Source: Promethearchaeum syntrophicum | GTDB taxonomy: Archaea; Asgardarchaeota; Lokiarchaeia; Sigyniarchaeales; Promethearchaeaceae | Assembly (NCBI RefSeq): GCF_008000775.2 | Contig: NZ_CP042905.2 | Span: 4,080,001-4,112,000 of the forward strand | Direction of reading: 5' to 3' | Length of the DNA: 32,000 nt | In this document: one piece after another, positions 18,643 through 27,402 of the stretch | Numbering within the stretch: position 1 is the stretch's first letter | How the letters are laid out: each line of letters begins with the position of its first letter | Program-made: the position numbers and the translations under genes | The notes under the pieces: model-generated | Database searches by the model: none | What the model was told of the DNA's origin: nothing | Seen by the model: only the letters and a program-made list of their open reading frames with translations

Positions 18643-20622
18643 CTACTCCTCCAGAAGATTTTTACTTTTTTGAATTATTTCCTTTAGTATTGGAGAAATA
18701 TTTTGATTAAGTTGTTCATTTGAAATTTCACTCAAGAAGAGATAATGGATCAGTGGTTTATTATTGTTAAAGAGATATTTATGCCAAGCTAACAACTCTC
18801 CTTTTTCAGAAAACACACTTTCATTTAAAATAAAATCATCTTTGAAAGGAGTTTTAACATAATGTTCAAGTTGATCTTCATAATCTGGTTCCTCAATGTG
18901 TCTTAGTACATTGGGACCTCGCCCTTTTAATAATTTATATTGTTCTAAAAAAGATTCAATCATTAAAAAATCAAAATCAAGAGGGTATGAGAAAAAAATA
19001 TTTTTCCTTTCAAGTTGATTTCTGAAAATATCATCTGTAATATCTATTGAGTCAATAATTTGATCAATATTTGATAAATTTATATCATATTCTCCAATTT
19101 GGAAATTTGGATTAATTTCTAATAATTCTTTGCATATATATTTTAAAGGATTTTGGATTTTTTTATATATATCAAAATCGAGTAGAGTTATATGTGGAAT
19201 CATCAAATCATTGAGTAATTTCCAAAAATAATTAACAAATTTACCTCCTAATGGTATTATCGAAATGTAATGATTGTCAATTAAAATATCTTCAACCTGA
19301 AATAATCGGGGAAATACAATTTTCTCACTATCACCTTCAACTAATATAATTAATTTAGAGAAATACATTTCTGGAAAGAATTGAACTCCTTGTTTTACAA
19401 ATTTAAATGCCTCGTCACTTTCTGAGGGTAATAATATCTTCCTTATAGATGTTGTATTTGTTGTTAAATCTAATCGAAAATGCCTTATTGTTTCTGGATT
19501 AATTCTTTTAAGAATTGAAGGTGAATGCGAAGTAATTAATATTTGAGCGATCTCTAATTTTGATGTTTCTTGCAAGTTTTGAATGGTTTTTCCAAGCAAA
19601 TGAGGTGCTAAATGATTCTCAGGTTCTTCGATTGCTACTATCGTGAGATAAGGTGGTGTATAATTAGTATCAGAGAATAAATCTTCTGCCTCGTTCAATA
19701 TTTTACTTTCGATCTCTAATAAGGAACAAACTAAGGATATGTAGAATAGTGATTTCATTCCATCACTAATTTGTTCAATATCATAATTAATTTCATCTGG
19801 ACTAGGTTTAAATGATATCTCAATTTTTTTTAAAATATCATCTAGTTTCCCTGTAGCAAAACTGAAATTTGTATTGGAGAAATATTTAATATCATTATAT
19901 TTTTTCCATTCTTGATTAATAATTTCTTCTATTTTTCCTATTCCTTGATTCTCAACTATTTTTCCATTTAAAACTTTCATTTCATCTATAATTGATTTTT
20001 TCAAACTTTCACTCCATTTTAAATATCGGAATAATCTCCATATTATTGTTCCAGTTGAATTTTTTATCTGGTTTGAAGGACTTCTCAATGCTGGAACATA
20101 TATCATTTGAATAATCCCCAATTCTTTCATCTTAACCCAATTTGTAGTTTCAGATTGTTGTTCCATTTCTGGTGTTTTAATATAGCGATAAATCTGGGTG
20201 ATATTACCTTCAATATTCATATTACGCTCCCAAACTGCTTCTAATCTTATTCGAAAATATGGTGGTGAATTATCATCACGAATTATTAATTGGTTGAAAT
20301 AGGCAGCTTTAGCCTTTTTTTGAGATTCTTCTAAATCAATTTCAGGAAATTCTATAAATACTTCAATACTCAGTCTTAATTCATCAAAATCTTCGAAATT
20401 TTTACCTCTAGGAATATGAAAATCCGCTTTATGAATTTGTCGAAGAGATTGAGTAATACCAAAAATTTTTTGTAATGCAAGGAGCATTGCTGTCTTACCA
20501 GAGTTATTAGCACCGATTAGCACCGTACTATTATCTAATGATGTTTCAATGCCTTCAGGTCCAAAACTTTGGAAATTTTTTATAATTATTTTTGTAATTT
20601 TCATTTCAAAATCTTTCTCCAA
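18643..20622 (-). CDS. gajA: Gabija GajA, OLD-family ABC-type ATPase plus TOPRIM nuclease
   Basis: N-terminus MKITKIIIKNFQSFG ... LIGANNSGKTAMLLAL (Walker A). ISDGMKSLFY is signature-like. Walker B region VAIEEPENHLAPH and H-loop ITSHSP. TOPRIM LIILVEGDSEKIVFP. The track start at 20622 is a TTG. The ATG at 20604 (MKITKI), preceded by GGAG, is the more likely start. Confidence 0.85.
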   Translation of the reverse strand: MEKDFEMKITKIIIKNFQSFGPEGIETSLDNSTVLIGANNSGKTAMLLALQKIFGITQSLRQIHKADFHIPRGKNFEDFDELRLSIEVFIEFPEIDLEESQKKAKAAYFNQLIIRDDNSPPYFRIRLEAVWERNMNIEGNITQIYRYIKTPEMEQQSETTNWVKMKELGIIQMIYVPALRSPSNQIKNSTGTIIWRLFRYLKWSESLKKSIIDEMKVLNGKIVENQGIGKIEEIINQEWKKYNDIKYFSNTNFSFATGKLDDILKKIEISFKPSPDEINYDIEQISDGMKSLFYISLVCSLLEIESKILNEAEDLFSDTNYTPPYLTIVAIEEPENHLAPHLLGKTIQNLQETSKLEIAQILITSHSPSILKRINPETIRHFRLDLTTNTTSIRKILLPSESDEAFKFVKQGVQFFPEMYFSKLIILVEGDSEKIVFPRLFQVEDILIDNHYISIIPLGGKFVNYFWKLLNDLMIPHITLLDFDIYKKIQNPLKYICKELLEINPNFQIGEYDINLSNIDQIIDSIDITDDIFRNQLERKNIFFSYPLDFDFLMIESFLEQYKLLKGRGPNVLRHIEEPDYEDQLEHYVKTPFKDDFILNESVFSEKGELLAWHKYLFNNNKPLIHYLFLSEISNEQLNQNISPILKEIIQKSKNLLEE

Positions 20623-20922
20623 GTAAGATAGTAAATGCTATTTAATTTAGACAATATTCATTCATGAGAAAAAATCATTTATTAATTGAGAATTACCGAT
20701 TTGATTAACAAGATTTATGCAAGTTGTTTATCTAAATATTACCATTCTTTCATTTCAATTAAATTAAGATTTAACAATTATTAAAGTACACTCAATCTTC
20801 CAAAAATACAAAACTAAATTTCATTGCTAATATTTTTCAAACTTTTTTTCCAATGCCAATAATTTCTGATACCATTGCCAAAAAAAACTAAAAAACTCAA
20901 AAGTTATCAAATCATTTTTTCG

Positions 20923-20956
20923 TGTCATTTCATTATTTCGTGTTTTGTCATTTCAT
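20923..20956 (-). repeat. Two inverted-orientation copies of the ATGAAATGACA core
   Basis: TGTCATTTCAT occurs at 20923-20933 and 20946-20956. A third copy at 21495-21505 overlaps the viperin stop region. Confidence 0.8.
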
Positions 20957-21149
20957 TTTCCATCTTCACACTTCCTAACAGCTTAATTCGATTGAAAAAC
21001 ACCTCTTTTTCATCTTTTATAACATATAAAATATGATAATGACTGGATGCAAATTTCTGTTCTGTGAAAACAGCAAAATTGTACTGCCAAATAAGATGAT
21101 TCCTTAATATTAATCCAGAATCTTCAATAGATTGTAAGATTGGAAGCAA
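20925..21149 (-). pseudogene. Fragment of an N4/N6 DNA methyltransferase (N6_N4_Mtase-like middle segment)
   Basis: GLILRNHLIWQYNFAVFTEQKFASSHYHILYVIKDEK resembles the 'gf.l.n.iiW.k... f...hE.il...K' segment of PF01555-type methylases. There is no catalytic DPPY or SAM-binding region, only 74 codons, and the 3' end runs into repeat copies. Confidence 0.45.
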
Positions 21150-21165
21150 TATCGTTTAGATTTCC

Positions 21166-21423
21166 TCACAAAATCCCACCATCATCGGACAAACCGTAAG
21201 CCGAGACGAGTAATAGCAATTTTTCGGTCAATTCGGGATTTTGATCTGCGAACGGAATAGCAACTGCACCGCCATACGAAATACCTACAATGATAGCTGG
21301 CCCAACTTCTTTTTCAATAAATAATGCAAAATCGGCTGCAATTTCCCTGCACCATTTATCTACCGAAATATTCACTTCATATCCCAAAATATAGACTTGG
21401 TGATCAAAATCCTTGGGGAGCAT
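21166..21423 (-). pseudogene. Fragment of an alpha/beta-hydrolase
   Basis: The nucleophile elbow IIVGISYGGAVAIPFA (GxSxG) is present, but the ORF has only 85 codons and lacks the rest of the fold. The DNA is visibly more GC-rich than its flanks. Confidence 0.5.
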
Positions 21424-21491
21424 TTATCGGTAGGTTTTTATCTCCGCTTCTGGAGTAAGTGCCAAACTGCAAATGAGATCTTTTTTTCCTA

Positions 21492-22358
21492 TTATGTCAT
21501 TTCATGTTTAAGTTGCTTGAAATAATCTCCATTCCTAGACATGTAATGATTATAGGAAAAATTAATTAACTTTAATCCTTCTTTTAATCCATTTGATAAA
21601 ATAGGTGCACTATATTTCAACTCATTTTTATAATTTTGAATAAATCGCCCATCAGGTGAGATAATACAATATGATTGATTTAAAATGTTCTCATTTTCAA
21701 ATATTGGATTCAATCCTTTATGATATTGTAAGAAAAAATCAATTTGGGTTTCAGATGGAACTTGAGATTGCTTGAAAAATTGATTATTAATTGATGGAAT
21801 TTGATGAACTATCAAAATTTTCCATCTCACAGGTTTTAATAGTGTTATGAGTGAATAAAAATCATCATTCCAGTTGATAGAAGTTAAAACGGTATTAATT
21901 TTTAAAGGAATATTAAAAGATTTAATTAATTTATTGGCTTTTTCTATTGTTTCTAAATGGGAATATCTTCCATTTTTACTATGATTTAAGGTTCTACCTA
22001 AAATTAATTCCTTTTTTTCACATGGGGAATCTAAACTTAGCCCTATTAAATCCATATCTTTATGACAATCATTGAGAAATTTCTTTTTTATACCAGTTCC
22101 GTTTGAAATGATTGAAGTGAAAATTCCATAGTTTTTGGTATGTTGGATTAAATTGCTCAAATATGGAATTAATGTAGGTTCACCACCAGCAAAATTTAGT
22201 TTCATACATCCTCCTTCAGCAAGCATATCAATGATTTTCATCCATTGAGACTCATTTAATTCACTTCCGAGTGATCTATTCCGAGCAAAACAAAATTTAC
22301 ATCGATAATTACATCGATTGGTGATGTGCAAATTAACGGATTCAATTTTATTTTCCAT
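21492..22358 (-). CDS. Prokaryotic viperin (pVip), radical SAM enzyme
   Basis: It aligns by eye along its whole length with human viperin: SVNLHITNRCNYRCKFCF vs SVNYHFTRQCNYKCGFCF; KLNFAGGEPTL vs KINFSGGEPFL; SIISNGT vs SIVSNGS; LKPVRWKIL vs LNPVRWKVF; QSYCIISPDGRF vs DSYLILDEYMRF; SRNGDY vs KRGGKY. Confidence 0.9.
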   Translation of the reverse strand: MENKIESVNLHITNRCNYRCKFCFARNRSLGSELNESQWMKIIDMLAEGGCMKLNFAGGEPTLIPYLSNLIQHTKNYGIFTSIISNGTGIKKKFLNDCHKDMDLIGLSLDSPCEKKELILGRTLNHSKNGRYSHLETIEKANKLIKSFNIPLKINTVLTSINWNDDFYSLITLLKPVRWKILIVHQIPSINNQFFKQSQVPSETQIDFFLQYHKGLNPIFENENILNQSYCIISPDGRFIQNYKNELKYSAPILSNGLKEGLKLINFSYNHYMSRNGDYFKQLKHEMT

Positions 22359-22360
22359 AT

Positions 22361-22834
22361 CTAAACCTTTCCAGTTATTAAATCATTATATTGCGATTGA
22401 AAATCTTGCAAGTATTGTGCATTTTCTTGAAATTGAAAATCTTCTTCTATATTTTGTGTAAAAAATAGATTATGATCAATGATCATAAATCCAATGCGAT
22501 GGTTTTTTAACCAATTTTTTGATATAAATGAATATTCCCTGAATAAATCATTAGAAATTATCAAACATTGAAGCTCAGTGGCACATTTCAAAATAAAAAC
22601 ATCCGCAGCTACACCTGCTGGAGCTTCAAAAATTAATTTGGAAACTAAATATTCGGTTTTATATCTTTTTCGATCGTCTATTTGATGATATAACGAATTA
22701 TCGGCGATTCCGATAATTTCATAATCTTTTGGAATTGAATTGAATAAAATATCAATGTATCCAATTTTAGGCTTCCCATTTCTTTTGTTGAAACAGGCAA
22801 TATTAGAGATATCACATACAATAATTTTTTTCAT
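22361..22834 (-). CDS. NYN / Zc3h12a-like (PIN-fold) ribonuclease domain protein
   Basis: KKIIVCDISNIAC (compare VVIDGSNVA), AADVFILKCATE (compare YDDRFIVKLA) and LIISNDLFREY (compare IVVSNDTYRDL) place acidic residues where the Zc3h12a NYN catalytic residues lie. Its stop is 2 nt from the viperin start. Confidence 0.6.
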   Translation of the reverse strand: MKKIIVCDISNIACFNKRNGKPKIGYIDILFNSIPKDYEIIGIADNSLYHQIDDRKRYKTEYLVSKLIFEAPAGVAADVFILKCATELQCLIISNDLFREYSFISKNWLKNHRIGFMIIDHNLFFTQNIEEDFQFQENAQYLQDFQSQYNDLITGKV

Positions 22835-22941
22835 TTTTTTTTAACACCTTTGAATTTAGTTCAAATAGATCTTTTCTTGGGGATATACATATCACGAGAT
22901 TTTTAAATGAGATATAGAAAAAAGAGAACTCTTTTCAGAGT

Positions 22942-23085
22942 TTATTTCTTATTTGATTGATTTTTGGATGCTGCACTCATCGATCGACTTTTAAACCCTT
23001 GATCTCCTTTTGAGCCTTTTCGATCTTGACTTGATTGGATTCGGCGTGCAGCATTATTATTCATCTTGTTAGATTTTTTTCCCAT
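22942..23085 (-). CDS. Small basic hydrophilic protein, 47 aa (not in the supplied ORF track)
   Basis: Hand translation gives MGKKSNKMNNNAARRIQSSQDRKGSKGDQGFKSRSMSAASKNQSNKK. The ATG at 23085 is preceded by GGTGGTGA 5 nt upstream (acaGGTGGTGAaatcATG), a strong SD-like site. Confidence 0.4.
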   Translation of the reverse strand: MGKKSNKMNNNAARRIQSSQDRKGSKGDQGFKSRSMSAASKNQSNKK

Positions 23086-23263
23086 GATTTCACCACCTGT
23101 GTATTCATTATGGAGAATAAAGAAATAATAATATTAAAGAGAACTCTACGATAGTATAATACATTCTTTTACTAATTCTGATAAACATGTATTGAGTAAA
23201 AAAACAAAGAATTATAAAAAAAATAGGCTGACCTTTTCAAAACACAAATTGCTTGCTATTCCC

Positions 23264-24022
23264 TTATGTTCTGATTAAATAATTTGCGAGAATAGTACCC
23301 ATTCGCGTTAAGCGCAATTCAAAAGCTCGATTATCTTCAACATTATGGGATCGAATTAGCAATTTATGCTTTTCAAGTTTTTTTACATGATAACTTAGAT
23401 TTTGCCCTTTCATTTTCGTGGTTTTACTATCTCGCCAATATTTTCTCCATTTTGGCTCATTTATTTCAACGGCTAATTCACTTTGATTCAAAATTTCAGG
23501 TTTTTTTTTATTTTTCATATTACTATTTAGAACAAATAAAATAACTTTCTGAACGTTTGTAATATCCGATATTGGCACAGATGGCATTTCAATATCAATG
23601 AATGTATTCCTTTCATTAAGATTATGGTTAAATTTATCGGGTGCTTTAATATATTGAATACGTGCGCCAATAAGGTTGGCTCCCATAAATGCACCAAGGG
23701 ACATAACTTTCGTTCCCCCTGTAACATTTACAATAAAATCAACCTTTAGATCTTTATGAAGACTATGAATTTCCAGAACAGAGTTAAGAACACTCTCATA
23801 ATCAAAAGGATCTATTATTAAATAATTTACGGTATCTTTAGGAAAAAAAAAATGAGATTCAATCTCTGACTTTATAGTAGATTCATATTTCTCCGTTAAA
23901 AAATAGAATTTATAAATGCGATCTAAACGAATTCCACGAAGTGCAGCAATAATAGGATCGAGATTTGCTCTTTTTTCCTTTTTATTGATACCAAGAGTTG
24001 AAATATAAACTATTTTTTCCAT
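23264..24022 (-). CDS. csa3: Csa3-like transcriptional regulator (N-terminal CARF/Rossmann-like domain plus C-terminal wHTH)
   Basis: The N-terminal strand IVYISTLG and the CARF-type loop FIVNVTGGTKVMSLGAFMGANLIG are present. The C-terminal QNLSYHVKKLEKHKLLIRSHNVEDNRAFELRLTRMG is MarR/wHTH-like. It is divergent from the CARF-helicase-PLD operon across a 73-bp spacer. Confidence 0.65.
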   Translation of the reverse strand: MEKIVYISTLGINKKEKRANLDPIIAALRGIRLDRIYKFYFLTEKYESTIKSEIESHFFFPKDTVNYLIIDPFDYESVLNSVLEIHSLHKDLKVDFIVNVTGGTKVMSLGAFMGANLIGARIQYIKAPDKFNHNLNERNTFIDIEMPSVPISDITNVQKVILFVLNSNMKNKKKPEILNQSELAVEINEPKWRKYWRDSKTTKMKGQNLSYHVKKLEKHKLLIRSHNVEDNRAFELRLTRMGTILANYLIRT

Positions 24023-24095
24023 AAATTAATCAAGTTATTTCTTTTACAATCAAATAAAAACTTTAAGTATTTATTAATTATAATTATGAAATAGA

Positions 24096-24725
24096 GTGAA
24101 TCATGATCAAGAAAACAGGATTTTCTTTGAAAGTTCGATTTCAATGGGGGTATTTTTAACGTCTGTGCAAATTTTAGTCGTAGGGAGATCTCACGCTCAT
24201 ATCTTGAAAGTATTGAAACTAAAACACCCAGATAAAGTCATTTTGATTGTATCAAAAAAATTGAAAGATCAAAATGAAGAATTATACCTAAACTTGAAAA
24301 AAAAACAAAACAATTTGGAAATTATTCATGTGAACCCATTTCACCGTGATTTTTTACCTCAAATGATAACTCATTATATTCATATTTACCAAAAACTAAA
24401 GGTAGTTAATCCTAGTGCAGAGGTCCAAATTGGTTTAACAGGAGGGACGAACCTCATGGCTATCGCAGCAGGGATCTCTGCTATGTTATTAGGTATTGAA
24501 GCACATTATTTTGTTAAAGGGAAAGTAAAGCCATTGATATGGAATTTGAAAAATGATTTAGCAGATTTTATACTATCTAATTCTTCAAATTTTTATTTCC
24601 TTCAAACAGAAGATAATACAAGAGATAAAAATAAAATGTCAAAACTTAATTCTGAATATTCCTCTGAAGGAAAGGAGAAATCATTATTGAATTTTCAAGA
24701 AGAAAAAAGAGGGAGGACAATTTAA
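24096..24725 (+). CDS. Stand-alone CARF-like (Csa3 N-domain-like) protein
   Basis: VQILVVGRSHAHILKVL ... DKVILIVS ... VQIGLTGGTNLMAIAAGISAMLLG mirrors the strand and GGT(K/N)-loop layout of the neighbouring Csa3-like N-domain. The track start is a GTG, with an alternative in-frame ATG at 24144. The stop overlaps the helicase start (TAATG at 24723-24727). Confidence 0.5.
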   Translation: MNHDQENRIFFESSISMGVFLTSVQILVVGRSHAHILKVLKLKHPDKVILIVSKKLKDQNEELYLNLKKKQNNLEIIHVNPFHRDFLPQMITHYIHIYQKLKVVNPSAEVQIGLTGGTNLMAIAAGISAMLLGIEAHYFVKGKVKPLIWNLKNDLADFILSNSSNFYFLQTEDNTRDKNKMSKLNSEYSSEGKEKSLLNFQEEKRGRTI

Positions 24726-27385
24726 TGTCAAGCCATTTATTTTATGAAAATTTGCCTGAAATAGATAATATGAGCCAATTTCGGAGAGATGTTTATTACA
24801 AATTATTGGATTTCATAAATTATTTAAATACTGCAAAATATGCTCGAAAAAAACATTCAGTAAAAATTAACTATCATGTGATGACTCCCCAAGAAGTTCA
24901 ACAAATGTTTCAAGATCTAAATTATCGCTATTATGAGATCTATGGTTATGAGATGAATTTTGGAGAAGAAAGTTTAAATGAAAACTTAAGTCATAATTAT
25001 CCTAAAAATGACCAATCAGAGGGTGTTTATGTTAAAATTTTTGATGAAACAAATCGCGCTGATGAAAATCTCTTTGAAGATTTTCTCAAATCGCAATCCG
25101 TAGTAGATCATGAAACGGACCATTATATAGAAGAAGAACAGATAAATGTAATTAATAAGTATCCTCTCTTCAACGTGATTCAATTAGAACGAGAACCAAA
25201 TGCAGACTCACCCTATCTATATATCACACCAAACATCTACATCTTAAATACTCAACTTTACTCTATATATAACCTGCAAGCAAAACCTCGAAGAGCACAT
25301 CGCCCAATACTTAGACTTTTTGAACAAAAAGAGAATTCTTCATGGCCATCTGTATCAGATATAAATCCTATTCAGAGATGGTATTTCCTGGATAATAATG
25401 AATTCCCAGGAAACTCGGTTCAACAAGATTTTGTAAGAAAGGCACTTAATTCTCCCGATTTTGCCATATTGGAAGGTCCCCCTGGTTCTGGAAAAACAAA
25501 AACAATTTGTGAACTCGTAATTCAAGCAATAGAAGCGGGACAGAGAGTTTTATTATGTGCATCAACTCACGTAGCTGTAGATAATGTTCTTGAAAAATTA
25601 ATGGATCGAGATGAAGTGATTGCTGTTAGGATTGGAAAAAAATCAAATAAAAGAATTTCTCCATCAGTGAAAAAATACCTTTTAAGCGAAAGAACCCGAA
25701 CTGAAAAGGAGCGTTTAATTGAAAAATTAACAGAATTAGATAATCAACGGAACTCTGGTCAAGATTATTATTTACACATTCTAAAATCGGATGAGGGAGA
25801 ATCGGAGATTCAACGAATGATCTTAGACAATGCCAACCTTGTATGTGGCACTATGTTAGGGATCTTAAAACATCCAGATATCGAGGAAGAGCGAAATTCA
25901 CCACAAGCGGTATTTGATATGCTCATTATAGATGAAGCGAGTAAAACAACATTCCAAGAATTTATTGTACCTGCCTTATTTTGTAAAAAATGGATTCTCG
26001 TTGGAGATCCAAAACAACTCTCTCCATTTGTTGACGATATGGAGGTCCGCAAATCTATTGATGGTTTTCTCCCAGAAATACATCAAATAATTTGTAAGGA
26101 TTGTTTTTGCTGTTGGAAGCATGAAGATTTTAATTTAATTGTAGCAGAGGTTGATGAGCATATAAGAGATCTCTATAAGCGGCAATTAGATACCTTGGAA
26201 TTAGAATATATTGATCTTGATTCTTTAGGTGCTTTGGAAGAATTATCAAATTGGATAATATTAGGTGCTCAAATTATCATTGGGAGTCCAGAACAAGTTC
26301 AATCCATTGCTAATATCTTACCCAATGATGCCTTTTTACGGGGAACAGGGTTCTCATCTCAAATGGATGCTTCATATGAGTATTGGAAGAAGAATAAACA
26401 GAACCAATTTACCGCAGATCGAACTAAAGGAAATTTTGGTAAATTACTCGCTTGGCGCTTAATCTTGGAATATGGCCTAAGATATGCAGAGAATGATTTA
26501 ATGCGTCAGGAACTGCGAGATGATATGAAAGTTTTAAAACCACTATGGTATGAAGATGAATCATTGTTAGAAAAATTTGATAAAAATCTAAGCAATATGA
26601 AAAAAGTAGCATTTCCTTCAGTTCTTGAGTTATTAAAAGAAGGATTTTACGAAAATAGAAATGATAGAGACTCTTGGCATACTGTTATTAAAAATGGATT
26701 TGATGAATCCGACCTTATACCCCGCTATGAAAAACTCCGCTATAATCACAGAATGCATTCTCAGATATCAGAATTTCCCAGAGTTAAAATATATGAAAAC
26801 GATGCTTTGATAGATAACCCTAATATTGACCGTATTAGGAAATGGACATATCCTCATTATTCACGCCGTTCTTTATGGATTAGTGTTCTTGAGCGTAACG
26901 ATAATAGAACCAATATCAATTTTCCTGAAACTCAAGTTATTTTAGAAGAATTAGAATTATTTCTTGAATGGTCCCAATTTAATCCAAATCTTGACCATCC
27001 TCAAAGATTCTGGGAAGTTGCGGTACTCACTTTTTATAGTAATCAAGAAGATCTGTTAACTAACTTGATCACCAGAAAATACGGAATTCGTAGAGGGATA
27101 AATGAATTTATTCTCCGTCCATATAATGTCAAAATTACTATATGCACCGGAGATAGGTTTCAAGGCCATGAAGCGGATGTAGTGTTTATATCTTTCGTAA
27201 AAACGACCAGCATTGGATTCCTAAATTCAATAAATAGGTTAAATGTTGGAATCACACGGCCGCGTTATCAATTAGTAATGATTGGTAATAAAAAGTTTTT
27301 TTTAGATCAAAGAATTTCCCCAATCCTCCACAATTTGGCTCAAATTGAAGGTAATATATCTTTAGAAACAAGACAAAGAAAATAA
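24725..27385 (+). CDS. Upf1/DNA2-like SF1B helicase (AAA_11/AAA_12 type, COG1112-like) with a ~240-aa N-terminal domain of unknown function
   Basis: Walker A ILEGPPGSGKTKT, motif II LIIDEASKTT, III LVGDPKQLSP, YNHRMHSQISEFP, DRFQGHEADVVFISFV and NRLNVGITRPRYQLVMIG. Confidence 0.9.
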   Translation: MSSHLFYENLPEIDNMSQFRRDVYYKLLDFINYLNTAKYARKKHSVKINYHVMTPQEVQQMFQDLNYRYYEIYGYEMNFGEESLNENLSHNYPKNDQSEGVYVKIFDETNRADENLFEDFLKSQSVVDHETDHYIEEEQINVINKYPLFNVIQLEREPNADSPYLYITPNIYILNTQLYSIYNLQAKPRRAHRPILRLFEQKENSSWPSVSDINPIQRWYFLDNNEFPGNSVQQDFVRKALNSPDFAILEGPPGSGKTKTICELVIQAIEAGQRVLLCASTHVAVDNVLEKLMDRDEVIAVRIGKKSNKRISPSVKKYLLSERTRTEKERLIEKLTELDNQRNSGQDYYLHILKSDEGESEIQRMILDNANLVCGTMLGILKHPDIEEERNSPQAVFDMLIIDEASKTTFQEFIVPALFCKKWILVGDPKQLSPFVDDMEVRKSIDGFLPEIHQIICKDCFCCWKHEDFNLIVAEVDEHIRDLYKRQLDTLELEYIDLDSLGALEELSNWIILGAQIIIGSPEQVQSIANILPNDAFLRGTGFSSQMDASYEYWKKNKQNQFTADRTKGNFGKLLAWRLILEYGLRYAENDLMRQELRDDMKVLKPLWYEDESLLEKFDKNLSNMKKVAFPSVLELLKEGFYENRNDRDSWHTVIKNGFDESDLIPRYEKLRYNHRMHSQISEFPRVKIYENDALIDNPNIDRIRKWTYPHYSRRSLWISVLERNDNRTNINFPETQVILEELELFLEWSQFNPNLDHPQRFWEVAVLTFYSNQEDLLTNLITRKYGIRRGINEFILRPYNVKITICTGDRFQGHEADVVFISFVKTTSIGFLNSINRLNVGITRPRYQLVMIGNKKFFLDQRISPILHNLAQIEGNISLETRQRK

Positions 27386-27402
27386 AAGATGGAATAAAAA
27401 AA

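Noticed and set aside
23527-23727. Track ORF 23527..23727 (-)
   Set aside because: It lies inside the Csa3-like gene in a different frame.
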